This document shows, piece by piece, positions 51,430 through 63,922 of a DNA stretch of 64,000 nucleotides. The translations under genes were made by a program, and so were the position numbers. Position 1 is the first letter of the stretch. Each line of letters begins with the position of its first letter. Source of the stretch: an uncultured delta proteobacterium (GTDB lineage: Bacteria > Myxococcota_A > Polyangia > Haliangiales > Haliangiaceae); assembly GCA_963848295.1 (NCBI GenBank), contig CAWKDB010000010.1, forward strand, positions 192,001 to 256,000, written 5' to 3'. Below the pieces are notes generated by a model. It made no database searches. It had not been told where the DNA came from and worked only from the letters and a program-made list of their open reading frames with translations.

Positions 51430-51459
51430 AACCTAAGGACGGCTCAAGCCGCCGTCAAG
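51430..51459 (-). promoter_or_regulatory. dnaK promoter with overlapping inverted repeat
   Basis: CTTGACG-N17-TAGGTT; GACGGC-N7-GCCGTC dyad across the -35 and spacer. Confidence 0.55.
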
Positions 51460-51596
51460 ACTGCGAACCCTCATCAGTTGGCGAGCTGGTCTGAACTAGG
51501 CTCGGTAACCGGTGGACCCGTGGCCTAAGGACACGGGGGGCCGAACAGGCGGTGACTCCAGCCGGTCTCCCGGTGCGCCGCGGTACGACTCGTCGG

Positions 51597-52010
51597 TCAC
51601 GACTGGATCCCGCCGAACCCGCCTCCTGGCGGCGGTCCCGATCGACCACCGCCGCCGTGAGCACCGAACGCGCGTTCGACTGCGAGGAACAACGCTGGCA
51701 GCTCGGCTTTATCGAGCCACACGCCATGCGCATCGCAGCGGTCGAGCTTGACGACCGGCGACAGCCTCTTGTCGAGCATCGCGAGGTGGATCCGACACGC
51801 GGTCATCGCGGTCTTGCACGACGGACATGCGCGATGCGAGCGGCGATCTTGATCGAACGTGATCGCGGCCGCGACATGGACGAGCTCCTCGATCGAGCTC
51901 GCCAGGTCGCCGACCGTCAAGAACATGCCGGTGCACGCATCGCAGCACAAGCGCCCGTTGAATGCGCGCAATGGTTTGGCGCAGGCCGGGCACGCGAGAG
52001 ATTCCGCCAT
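51597..52010 (-). CDS. Double zinc-ribbon (zf-TFIIB-like) protein
   Basis: CPAC...CDACTGMFL; CPSC...LDRCDAHGVWLDKAEL. Confidence 0.75.
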   Translation of the reverse strand: MAESLACPACAKPLRAFNGRLCCDACTGMFLTVGDLASSIEELVHVAAAITFDQDRRSHRACPSCKTAMTACRIHLAMLDKRLSPVVKLDRCDAHGVWLDKAELPALFLAVERAFGAHGGGGRSGPPPGGGFGGIQS

Positions 52011-52056
52011 GGCGTCGAGCTTGCCAGACAACGCGCGGCGACGGACTCGCGCGAGG

Positions 52057-52438
52057 TCATTTGAACACCGGTTCAAAGCCGAGGTCGATCGGGCCGCTGG
52101 TCGACAGTGCGCTCGCGAGCGAGATCCCCGCGAACGCGACGTTCTCGCTCGTGTCGTTCGAGATCGCGTAGCCGGATCGAGCGGATTGATGAACTTGCCG
52201 CCGATGAGCGCGAACCCGGTGTCGTCCCCGTGGACCGCGAGCGCGGTCTCGATGTCGCCGGTGCCGTTCGTGTCGAGACGCCGCTGCCGATCACGAGGTA
52301 CACCGCGGTCTCGACATCGCCGGCGGCGATCAACATGCCGCCGCAGACATCGCAGACCTCACGCGCTCCATACGCGCGCAAGGCGACGCCGCACCGTGGA
52401 CAGGGATGACCGGTCACGGGCGGGGTGGTCGAGCTCAT
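52057..52438 (-). pseudogene. Frameshifted or chimeric zinc-ribbon gene
   Basis: CPRC...CDVCGGMLI N-terminus; coding-like continuation needs two frame changes (near 52278 and 52171) to reach TGA at 52057. Confidence 0.5.
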
Positions 52439-54850
<2,412 letters not shown>

Positions 54851-54857
54851 ACGACGG

Positions 54858-54888
54858 AACCTAGCGATGCCGTTGTGTAGGCGTCAAG
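54858..54888 (-). promoter_or_regulatory. lon promoter (probably leaderless)
   Basis: CTTGACG-N18-TAGGTT, 7 nt before ATG. Confidence 0.55.
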
Positions 54889-55260
54889 CAACCCTGCCCG
54901 TAATGACGGGCTGTTATCGTCGGCGTGACCGCGACCGATGATCTCCAGCGCTGACGGGCGCTGACGTTTCGGTAGAGGCGTCATCAGTCGCAACGAGACC
55001 GCAAGCCAACGGACGCCGCGCCGATCCAGCTGTCGAGCGGCGCCGCGGCGACGATTTAAACGGCGGCGCGGCCCTGCCGGGCAAGCGTGACCCCGGCGCG
55101 GCCACGCCGGCAACGAAGAACGCGGCAAGCGATTCGACCGAGGCTCGACGAGCCTGTCGGTTGACAAGAGTTCCTCCGTCCCCCGATCCGGTATTGCCTG
55201 TTGCCTGTTGCCTGTTGAGCAATTGATCAATTCCTCCCCTCACTTACAAATTCCTCTTGA

Positions 55261-55297
55261 CGGTCAGACCAGTTGGTCTTACCAATCGGTCAGACCA
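55261..55297 (+). promoter_or_regulatory. Three tandem FadR-type operator palindromes
   Basis: GGT-N3-ACCA at 55262, 55275 and 55288 (13-bp period), between TTGACG and ATG 55298. Confidence 0.75.
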
Positions 55298-56044
55298 ATG
55301 GCCACCACCGAAGCATTCGTCCCAGATATCACCGCCATCCCGACGACAGCGATCGACGCGGTGTTCGAGAGGCTGCTGTCCGACATCATCAGCGGGGCCT
55401 ACGCGCCGGGCGCGCGGCTGCCCGCCGAGCGCGAGCTGTCTCGACAGCTCGGTGCCTCGCGGCCGACATTGCGCGAGGCGTTGCGCCGGCTCGACGAGTG
55501 GAACCTGGTCGAGCCGCGCCGCGGCTCCGGCATCGTGGTTCGCGCGTATCGCGATTGGTCGATCGAAGTGATCGGCGCGTACCTCCGCTACGGCAAGCCC
55601 GTGGGCGACGAGCCGAAGATCGGTCGGATCTTGATCGACTTGCTCGCGATCCGCCGCGGCATGGTGCTCGAGGTCGTGCGCCTGACGACGCGCCGGATCC
55701 CGAAAGGCGGCACGCTGGCGGCGCGCGCGGCGATGGCGCGGGCCTGGGCGATGCGCGACCAGCCGAGTTATGCCCGCGAAGACTTCGAGGTGATGCGCGC
55801 GATCGTCGAGGCCGCGAAGTTCACGCCCGGACTGTGGCTGCTCAACCGGCTCGCCGACATCTGGGCCGACACGTGCGACGCGATCCGGTTCGCGATTCGC
55901 CCGCCCGACGACTACGTCGCCTCGCATTCGAAGTTCTTCGACAAGATCGAAAGCGGCGATCCCGATGGCGCCGTGCAGGTCATGGCGGACTACATCGAGC
56001 GTCACGACCGCTCGATGACCAAAGCGCTCGAGGCACTCGCGTGA
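55298..56044 (+). CDS. GntR family (FadR subfamily) regulator
   Basis: LPAERELSRQLGASRPTLREALRRL...RRGSG; helical C-terminal domain. Confidence 0.92.
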   Translation: MATTEAFVPDITAIPTTAIDAVFERLLSDIISGAYAPGARLPAERELSRQLGASRPTLREALRRLDEWNLVEPRRGSGIVVRAYRDWSIEVIGAYLRYGKPVGDEPKIGRILIDLLAIRRGMVLEVVRLTTRRIPKGGTLAARAAMARAWAMRDQPSYAREDFEVMRAIVEAAKFTPGLWLLNRLADIWADTCDAIRFAIRPPDDYVASHSKFFDKIESGDPDGAVQVMADYIERHDRSMTKALEALA

Positions 56045-56520
56045 ACACGACGGCGCGCAAGGTGGTGCGCTCGCTCGTGCCGGTCGTCTGCCCGCCGGAG
56101 GCTGCGGGTCTCGCCGACGCGATCATCGCGCACGTCGAGCTGTCGCTGTCGGTCGCGCCCGCGCTGATGCGCCGCGGTTTCGACGCAGGCATGATCGCCT
56201 ACGACGTCGGCGCCCTGCCCCGCTACTTCCGTCGCGCGCACCTGTTGTCGCCGGCGAAGGCCGAGCGTTACTTCGAGTCGTGGGACCACGGCCCGACGCC
56301 GATCCACGTCCAGCTCGCGACCGCGGTCAACCAGCTGATGAGCCTGGCCTGCTACGAGCAGCCGGCGATGATGGAGGCGATCGGCTATCGCCCGGTGCCG
56401 TGGATCGCCGAGGTCACGAACAAGCGACTGACCGTGTTCGCCGATGACGTCCGCAAGCAGCAGCAACAGATCCTCGCGCCGGATCCGTTGCGCCCGCGCG
56501 CCAAACGCGAGGTCGCGTGA
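56041..56520 (+). CDS. Hypothetical protein, likely GMC oxidoreductase partner subunit
   Basis: GTGA-coupled on both sides; CYEQP...IGY resembles gluconate-2-dehydrogenase subunit-3-like proteins. Confidence 0.6.
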   Translation: MNTTARKVVRSLVPVVCPPEAAGLADAIIAHVELSLSVAPALMRRGFDAGMIAYDVGALPRYFRRAHLLSPAKAERYFESWDHGPTPIHVQLATAVNQLMSLACYEQPAMMEAIGYRPVPWIAEVTNKRLTVFADDVRKQQQQILAPDPLRPRAKREVA

Positions 56521-58060
56521 TGGCGACCGTCGCCGTGCACGAGGGCGTGAAGACCCGCAACGTGTTCACGCGCGCCGACCTCCACGGCGACACCGTGCTC
56601 GATTGCGACGCCGTCGTCGTCGGCTCCGGCGCGGGCGGTGCACCGGTCGCGGCCGAGCTCGCGGAAGCCGGCTTCGACGTCATCGTGCTCGAAGAAGGCA
56701 GCTACTACCAGACCCGCGACTTCACCGCCGACACGTCGGCGATGGTCCGCCAGCTCTATCGCGATGGCGGCGCGACCATGGCGATCGGCAACCCGCCGAT
56801 CCTGTTCCAAGAGGGCCGCGCGGTCGGCGGCTCGACCGTGATCAACGGCGGCATGTCGTGGCGCACGCCCGAGGACATCCTCGCGAGGTGGCGCAGCGAA
56901 TCGGGCCTGCCGTTGTCGACTGCCGAGCTCGAGCCGTACTTCGAGCGGGTCGAGAAGCGCATCCACGTCGCGCCGATGGACGAAGCCGCGATCGGCAAAG
57001 ACAACTGGCTGCTCAAGAAGGGCGCCGACCTCAAGGGCTACGAGATCATCGGCAACCTGCGCAACCAGGCGCACTGCGTCGGCAGCAACCGCTGCGCGTT
57101 CGGCTGTCCGACCGGCGCGAAGCAGAGCGCGCTGGTCTCGTACATCCCGCGCGCGCTGCACTACGGCGCCCGGGTCTACGCCGACGTCCGGGTCGATCGC
57201 ATCACGATGCACGGCAAGCGCGCGACCGGCGTCGTCGGCAACGAGCGCGGCGGGTCACAACGTCGTCGTGCGCGCGAAGCTCGTGGTCGCGTCGTGCGGT
57301 GCGATCCACACGCCCGCGCTGCTGGCGCGCTCCGGGCTCGAGTCGCGCTCGGGCCAGCTCGGCGGCAACCTGAGCCTCCACCCGAACGTCAAGGTCACCG
57401 CGATCTTCGACGAGGATGTCACCGGCTGGAAAGGCGCGCACCAGGCGTTCCAGGTCCGCGAGTTCGCCGACGAAGGCCTCGGCTGCTTCGCGGCGGTGAA
57501 CTTGCCGCCGAGCGTGATCGCGCTGTCGCTGCCGCATCGCGGCCGCCAGCTCGGTGCGCTGATGCAGCACTACAACCAGATGATGATCGCGGGCCTGTTC
57601 TGCGAAGACACGACGACCGGTCGGGTCCGCACGATCGCCGGCAAGCCGCAGGCGTTCTATCAGCTCGCGAAGCGCGACGCGGAGAACATCCAGCGCGGCC
57701 TGGTCATCCTCGCCGACATGCTGTTCGCGGCCGGCGCGAAGAAGATCTTGCTGCCGTTCCACAGCGCGGCGGAGCTCAACAGTCGCCGACGACGCGAAGC
57801 GGCTGCTCGATCGCAAGGTGCCGACCCGCGAATGGGAGGTCGTCACCGTCCACATGATGGGCACCGCGCGCATGGGCAGCGATCGCAGCGCGTCGGTCAC
57901 CGACGGTTACGGCTTCATGCACGACGTCGATCGCCTGCTCGTCGCCGATGCGTCGTTGTTCCCGACCCCGATCCGCGTCAACCCGATGGAGACGATCATG
58001 GCGCTCGCCACGCGCGCCGCCGGACACGTCATCGACAACTCGAGGAGATACCTGCAATGA
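56517..58060 (+). CDS. GMC family oxidoreductase, split by two frameshifts
   Basis: GSGAGG, GGSTVING, GCPTGAKQS; then GAIHTPALL, HP in the next frame; then HMMGTARMG, DASLFPT..VNP in the third frame. Confidence 0.85.
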
Positions 58061-58680
58061 GCGCCGCCGCCAACCTGCGATCCACGCCCGCACCGAGCGC
58101 GCCGCCGCCGCGGTTCTTGTCGCCGTTTCCGACGCGCGCCGCGCTCGCGCTCGAGCAGACGTCGATGGCCGGGCTCGAGAAGGTGTTCTTGCGCGCGGTG
58201 ACGCCCGAGGTCGATCAGCTCGTCGGCTGGGAGTTTCGCGGCATCAATCGCTTCCCGATCGACGTGATCCCGCGCGTGACCGGGATCAAGAAGTTCTTGA
58301 AGGGCTTCTTCCGGACCGAGGGCGGCAAGGCGATGGGCTACAACGTCGCGATCGTGCTCAACGCGCTCGATGGGCGCTGGCGGATGAAGCCGGACGACTC
58401 GGCGCCGCGCCGGTTCGGCTACTATGCGGTCGACGCGGTCGACCCGACGAGCCGCGACAACAAGTACCTCCACGCCGTATTGCTCGACTACTCCAAGGGC
58501 GGCAACAAGCGGTTCGACGTGTCGAATCCGATCCGCGACTACATCGTGCAGGTCGATGCCGGCAACCCGGACCTCTACCTCGGCAAGGCGTACTACGCGG
58601 TCGGCCCGCTGCGCGTGATGTCGAACTTCTTCATCCTCGAGCGCCACCGCCGCGGCTTCACCGACTACGCGACGCGCTGA
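58057..58680 (+). CDS. Conserved hypothetical protein (last gene of the GMC operon)
   Basis: ATGA overlap, SD GAGGAG; LLDY...IRDYIVQV...YLGKAY. Confidence 0.7.
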   Translation: MSAAANLRSTPAPSAPPPRFLSPFPTRAALALEQTSMAGLEKVFLRAVTPEVDQLVGWEFRGINRFPIDVIPRVTGIKKFLKGFFRTEGGKAMGYNVAIVLNALDGRWRMKPDDSAPRRFGYYAVDAVDPTSRDNKYLHAVLLDYSKGGNKRFDVSNPIRDYIVQVDAGNPDLYLGKAYYAVGPLRVMSNFFILERHRRGFTDYATR

Positions 58681-59196
58681 TCACGGCGTGCTCGGCTCGG
58701 CTTGGCCGCCGAGGACCAGCGCGGACAGCAGCAGCGCGGTGCGCCTGGCGTTGCGGTCGTGCGCGCCTTCGATCCGCAGTGGGCTCGCGGCGCCGTCGAC
58801 CGAGACCGTACCCTTGTCGTCGATCGTGACGCGCTTGCCGTCGACCACGAGCACCTCGCCGTCGAACTTCAGCGGCGCGAGCTTGCCGTCGGGTCCCTCG
58901 AGCGATCCGTCGGCATGGAAGTGGGCGACCTTGCCATCCTTGCCGGTCATCGAGCCATCGGGTTCGAGCGTCGCGATCACTTGCTTCATCGGCTGAGCGC
59001 CCTCGCCTGCGACGACGAGCTCGAGCCGACCATCCTCGTGGAGCTCCATGCCCATCTGGTTGCCCTCGAGGAACTTGAGGTCGGTGATCGCGAGCACCGG
59101 CGTCTCGACCGGCGTCGGCGCGACCGGTGCTGCGACCGGCTTGCCGCCACTGCACGCCACTACGAGCACGATGATCGCGAACCACGGCTGGTTCAT
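58681..59196 (-). CDS. Hypothetical lipoprotein
   Basis: MNQPWFAIIVLVVAC lipobox; beta-rich body. Confidence 0.7.
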   Translation of the reverse strand: MNQPWFAIIVLVVACSGGKPVAAPVAPTPVETPVLAITDLKFLEGNQMGMELHEDGRLELVVAGEGAQPMKQVIATLEPDGSMTGKDGKVAHFHADGSLEGPDGKLAPLKFDGEVLVVDGKRVTIDDKGTVSVDGAASPLRIEGAHDRNARRTALLLSALVLGGQAEPSTP

Positions 59197-59294
59197 GCGC
59201 CCATTGCAGCCGACGACTCCGCACATTGCAAGCTAACGCTCGGGTGAAACCGCGAGCGCAGCCGCGCGCGCACGCGACGCGTAGGTGTGATCTG

Positions 59295-59564
59295 CTACGG
59301 CGTGCCAGGCGCGGTCGTCGCTGACGCACTCGCGGGCGCGGCCGTGCCGCCGAGGATGAGGCCGGCGATCAGCAGCGCGGTCCGCTTGGCCCTCGCGTCG
59401 TGGACACCCTCGACTCGCACCGAGGTTGCTCCGCCATCGATGAAGAGCACCCCCTTTTCGCCGATCGTCACGTGCTTGCCGTCGATGATCAGCGCGTCGC
59501 CGGTGATCGTGGCCGGCTCGACGTTGGCGTCGAGGCCTTCGAGCGATTTCCGCGATCGGATCAA
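59295..59564 (-). pseudogene. 5'-truncated paralog of the adjacent lipoprotein
   Basis: SLEG...DGKHVTIGEKG...EGVHDARAKRTALL aligns with SLEG...DGKRVTIDDKG...EGAHDRNARRTALL; no signal peptide. Confidence 0.6.
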
Positions 59565-60820
59565 CCTGACGAGAAATCACTAAGCGCATCCGCTCGCGCA
59601 CGTAGCACTTCGCGCTCGCGCTCGTTGCGGGTGAGCTCGGCGGCGCGCCGGAATTCGCTGCGCGCTTCAGCTGCGCGCCCGAGCTTTTCGAGCAGATCGC
59701 CGCGCACGCTCGGCAGCAGGTGGTATCCCGCGAGCGCCGGCTCAGCGACGAGGGCATCGACCAGCTCGAGGGCTTGCTCGAGGCCGAACGCCATGCCGAT
59801 CGCCACCGCGCGATTGAGCTCGACGATCGGCGACGGTGCGACCTGCGCGAGCGCGGTGTAGAGCGCGGCGATCCGCGGCCACTGGGTGTCGGCCGCCGAG
59901 GGAGCGCGCGCATGGCACGCCGCGATCGCAGCTTGCAGTTGATAAGGCCCGGGTGGCGCTCCGAGCTGTTCGGCGCGCTCGAGTGCGGCGAGGCCGCGGC
60001 GGATCAGCAGGCGATCCCAGCGCGCGCGATCCTGATCGGCGAGCAGGATCGGCGCGCCGTCGGGTCCGACCCGCGCGGCGAGTCGCGCCGCGGTGAGCTC
60101 GAGGAGCGCGGCGAGGCCTTGTACTTCGGACTCGCCGGGGACGAGGCCCGCGAGCACGCGCGCGATCCGCAGCGCGTCGTCGCATAGCTCCGGCCGCGTC
60201 CAATTCGCGCCGGCGGTCGCGACGTGGCCTTCGTTGAACACGAGGTAGATGACCTCGAGGACCGAATCGAGCCGCTCCGCGCGGTCCGCTGCGCGCGGCA
60301 CCTCGAACGGCACGTGCGCGTCGGCGAGCGTGCGCTTCGCTCGCACGATGCGTTGCGCGATCGTCGGCTCCGGCACGAGAAAAGCGCGCGCGATCTCCGC
60401 GGTCGTCAGGCCACCGACGAGCCGCAGCGTGAGCGCGACGCGTGCCTCGGTCGACAGCACCGGGTGACACGCGGTGAACACGAGCCGGAGCAGGTCATCG
60501 CCGACGTCGTCGTCGAGGAGCTCGGCGAGGTCTTTCGGCGGCTCGCTCGGCTCACGCCCGAGTTGCTGATGTTTGTCATCCGCCATCTTGGCTCGACGCG
60601 AGGTATCGATCGCGCGCCGCTTCCCGGTGGTCATCAACCACGCGCCGGGGTTATCAGGCACGCCATCGATCGGCCAACGCTCGAGCGCGACGACCAGCGC
60701 ATCGGCGGCGAGCTCCTCCGCCCGGCCGACGTCGCGCGTAATTCGTGACAGCCCCGCGACGAGGCGCGGGAACTCGATCCGGAACACGGCTTCGATCGCG
60801 GCGTGTGGCGCGGAGGTCAC
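59561..60820 (-). CDS. ECF42-type sigma factor with C-terminal TPR extension
   Basis: WPIDGVPDNPGAWL, DDLLRLVFTACHP, YLVFNEG, YQLQAAIAACH, SPIVELNRAVA. Confidence 0.92.
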   Translation of the reverse strand: MTSAPHAAIEAVFRIEFPRLVAGLSRITRDVGRAEELAADALVVALERWPIDGVPDNPGAWLMTTGKRRAIDTSRRAKMADDKHQQLGREPSEPPKDLAELLDDDVGDDLLRLVFTACHPVLSTEARVALTLRLVGGLTTAEIARAFLVPEPTIAQRIVRAKRTLADAHVPFEVPRAADRAERLDSVLEVIYLVFNEGHVATAGANWTRPELCDDALRIARVLAGLVPGESEVQGLAALLELTAARLAARVGPDGAPILLADQDRARWDRLLIRRGLAALERAEQLGAPPGPYQLQAAIAACHARAPSAADTQWPRIAALYTALAQVAPSPIVELNRAVAIGMAFGLEQALELVDALVAEPALAGYHLLPSVRGDLLEKLGRAAEARSEFRRAAELTRNEREREVLRARADALSDFSSG

Positions 60821-60839
60821 GCGCCGCGAGCTTAGCGCG

Positions 60840-61271
60840 TTACGACTTGCCGAGCTTTTCGCCGAGCCGCTTCGCGCGCTCCGCGGCCTCGCCCGGCACG
60901 TCGAAGTCCTCCATGTCGAACAGCGGCCGGATCTCGACGACCGGCTCCTCGCCGTCTTGCACGCCGCTGCCGAACGGCGCGCGCTTCGCCCACTCGACCG
61001 CCTCCGCGAGCGTCTTGACCTGGATCAGCCAGTAGCCCGCGATCAGCTCCTTGGCCTCGGCGAACGGCCCGTCGACGACCTTGCGGTGCTTGCCCGAGTA
61101 CACGACGCGCGCGCCGCGGCTCGACGGCGTGAGCCCGGCAAGGTCGAGCAGGACGCCGGCCTTTTGCAGCTCTTCGTTGAACTTGTGCATCACGAGCAAG
61201 TCCTCTTTGCTCGGCATCGCGCCGGCCGATTCGGTTTGCGGCGTCGCCTTCACGATCATCATGACTTTCAT
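60840..61271 (-). CDS. YciI/DGPF family protein
   Basis: VDGPFAEAKELIAGYW, EIRP; SD GAGGAG. Confidence 0.92.
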   Translation of the reverse strand: MKVMMIVKATPQTESAGAMPSKEDLLVMHKFNEELQKAGVLLDLAGLTPSSRGARVVYSGKHRKVVDGPFAEAKELIAGYWLIQVKTLAEAVEWAKRAPFGSGVQDGEEPVVEIRPLFDMEDFDVPGEAAERAKRLGEKLGKS

Positions 61272-61307
61272 CGGAATCTCCTCATGCTTCGGTTGGTGTA
61301 TCCGAGC

Positions 61308-61334
61308 GACGATCGAGCCGCCGCTGGATCGACA
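61308..61334 (-). promoter_or_regulatory. ECF42 target promoter
   Basis: TGTCGA-N17-CGTC upstream of the DGPF gene. Confidence 0.7.
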
Positions 61335-61516
61335 GCCGCGACGCGATTTTTTTGGGGCAGCGATTTCGGCCGGCTACAGGCTCGGGCGGTTGCGCGCCGC
61401 AACTACTCGAGTGGATCGAAGAAGGCGATCGACACCGTCGTCGTCGCCGCCGGATCGAGCTCGAGGCAGATCTGGCTAATCCCAGGGTTCGCCTGGGTCG
61501 ATCCGGCGTAGGCGAG

Positions 61517-61969
61517 CTACTTGCCCGGGGCTACCTCGATCTTCGATCCAGGTGGCGCGGCGATCCGCGTGACTTCGGTGCGGCTCATCGCGTCGGCGGT
61601 GCCGCCCGCCGGGATGTTGAGCTGAAGCACGATCACCTCGTCGGGCTCGCTGACCGCATGGAGCTCGGCGCGCGCGCCGCTCGGTGCGGTGCACGCGACG
61701 CCGGTGACCGCTTTCATCTCGGCGCTCGGACTGAACACCTGACAGGCGCCTGGGAACGTGCCGAGTGGATAGCTCGTCGCCTTGCCGGTCTCGTCGGTGC
61801 CGGTGAGGTACACCGTGCTCGACGCGCCACCCGGCGCCGGCGCGATGCTCCACGCGAGCACGAAGCGTTTGCCGTATACCGCGAGACCGGATCCCGAGCC
61901 CGCCGTGGCGGTCGGGCTTTGCCCGCCGCCGCACGCCGCGAGCGCGACTACGATCGCGAATCGGTTCAT
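61517..61969 (-). CDS. Hypothetical lipoprotein
   Basis: [13 protein letters not shown] lipobox; TACGGT 6 nt before ATG. Confidence 0.7.
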   Translation of the reverse strand: MNRFAIVVALAACGGGQSPTATAGSGSGLAVYGKRFVLAWSIAPAPGGASSTVYLTGTDETGKATSYPLGTFPGACQVFSPSAEMKAVTGVACTAPSGARAELHAVSEPDEVIVLQLNIPAGGTADAMSRTEVTRIAAPPGSKIEVAPGK

Positions 61970-62022
61970 CAGCGAACCGTACACCAACGCCATCGCGGCG
62001 CGATCGCGGTAGGATTGATCCC

Positions 62023-63922
62023 ATGGCGCTGGCGCGCGTCGTCGTGGTCGAAGGTCCGGATGCGGGCCGCGAATTCGAGCTGCCGCTGCGCGGCGGCGGC
62101 GTCGGACGCGGCGACGGCAATCTGGTCCAGCTCACCGACCCGACCGTGTCGCGCAACCACGGCACGATCGAGCTGCGCGATGGAGCGCTGTGCTGGATCG
62201 ACGACACCGGCAAGCCGCGCACGCTGATCAACGGCAAGCCACCGACCGAGCATCGGCTCGAAGCCGGCGACGAGATCGTGCTCGGCGGCACGCGGCTCGC
62301 GTACCTGCCGGACGATGGCGTCGCGATCACGCGCGCCGCGAGCCACGTCACGATGGAGGTCGGCAGCCGCCAGCTGCTCGCGCTCACCGGCCACGACGAT
62401 CGGGCGAGCCGCCATCTCGCCGCGATCGCCCAGCTCGGGGATCGGCTGCGCAACGACAGCGGCTCGAGTCGCGACGCGGTCGCGCGCGCGACCTGCGATG
62501 CCGCGCTCAACGCGCTCGAGGCGCATCGCGCGTTCGCGTTATCGGCCGGCCGCCGCCCCGCACCGCTCGCCGCGGCGATCGCTACGCACGATACGGCGGG
62601 CACCCAGCTCCAGCTGCCCGCCGATCTGATCGAGAAGGTCGCGACCAAGCAGGTCATCACCGCCGAGACCCAAGGCCGCTCGCTGATCGCCGCGCCGATC
62701 TGTGGGAGCGGCGACGAGGTCATCGCCGTGTTGTGGATCGATCGCAAGGGCGCGCCGTGGGACGACACCGACGCGCTCGCGGCGAGCTGTCTCGCTCACC
62801 TCGCGGGCGCTGCATGGGTCTCGGCGGATGCACGCGATCAGCTCGGCCGCCGCGCCGAAGCGCTCGAAGAGCGACTCGCGGACGGCGATTTCATCGGTCG
62901 ATCGATCGCCGCGGCGCGCGTGCTCGAGTTCGTGTCCCGCGTCGGTCCGTCCGACGCGACCGTGCTGCTCGGCGGCGAGTCCGGCTCCGGCAAGGAGATG
63001 GTCGCGCGCGCGATCCACCGCGCGAGCCGGCGCGCGAAGGGGCCGTGCGTCGCGGTGAACTGCGCCGCGCTGACCGAAACGCTTGATCGAGAGCGAGTTG
63101 TTCGGCCACGAGAAAGGCGCGTTCACCGGCGCGACCGAGAAGAAGGCGGGCCGGTTCGAGATGGCGGACCGCGGCACGCTGTTTCTCGACGAGGTCGGCG
63201 AGCTCCCGCTCGGGTTGCAGACCAAGTTCCTGCGCGTGCTCGAGGAGCGCCGGTTCGAGCGCGTCGGCGGGCAGAAGCCGATCGAGGTCGACGTCCGCGT
63301 CGTCGCCGCGACCAATCGCGACCTCGGCGAGATGGTCAAGCGCGGCACGTTTCGCGAGGACCTGTTCTACCGGCTCAGCGTGATCCAGGCCGACGTCCCG
63401 CCGTTGCGCGAGCGGCTCGACGACGTACCGCAGCTCGCCGAGCACTTCCTCGCGCGATTCAAACATCAGGCTGTGCGCCGCATCACCGGGTTCGCGCCGG
63501 ACGCGATCGCGGCGATGACCTCGTATGCGTGGCCGGGCAATGTCCGCGAGCTGCGCAACGCGGTCGAACGCGCCGTCGTGCTCGGCGATCGCGAGCAGAT
63601 CATCGCCGACGACTTGCCGCCATCGCTCCACGCCGCGCGACCGCGCGCTCGCACGTCGCCACCGACTCCCCTGCTCGGCTCGCGCTCGATGCATACCGAG
63701 CCCAGTGAGGTCTTCATCGACGTCGCACCGCCGCCCGCACCTGCACTGCCCGCGAAGGCGCCACCGCCGCCGGCCGCGCGTTCGTTGCGCGACCTCGAGA
63801 AGGACGGGATCGTGGCCGCCCTCGCGGCGACCGGTGGCAACAAGGCGCAAGCCGCCGCGATCCTCGAGATCGATCGCTCGACGCTCTACAAGAAGCTCAA
63901 GGACTACGACATCGAGGGTTAG
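62023..63922 (+). CDS. FHA-GAF-sigma54 enhancer-binding protein, one frameshift near 63083
   Basis: FHA GR...[18 protein letters not shown], then [23 protein letters not shown] and Fis HTH in the next frame. Confidence 0.9.

Noticed and set aside
51426..51482. Hammerhead-ribozyme-like CUGAUGAG with flanking GCCAAC/GUUGGC stem and a GUC upstream of dnaK (minus strand)
   Set aside because: The essential GAAA core is absent and stem II is unconvincing; the region is better explained as the dnaK promoter
54890..55190. 300-bp GC-rich intergenic region between lon and the GntR gene as a possible ncRNA or ORF
   Set aside because: No recognisable RNA family motif, terminator or coding-like frame
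59561..61334. ECF42-DGPF module as a novel system
   Set aside because: Already described architecture and promoter; listed as features only
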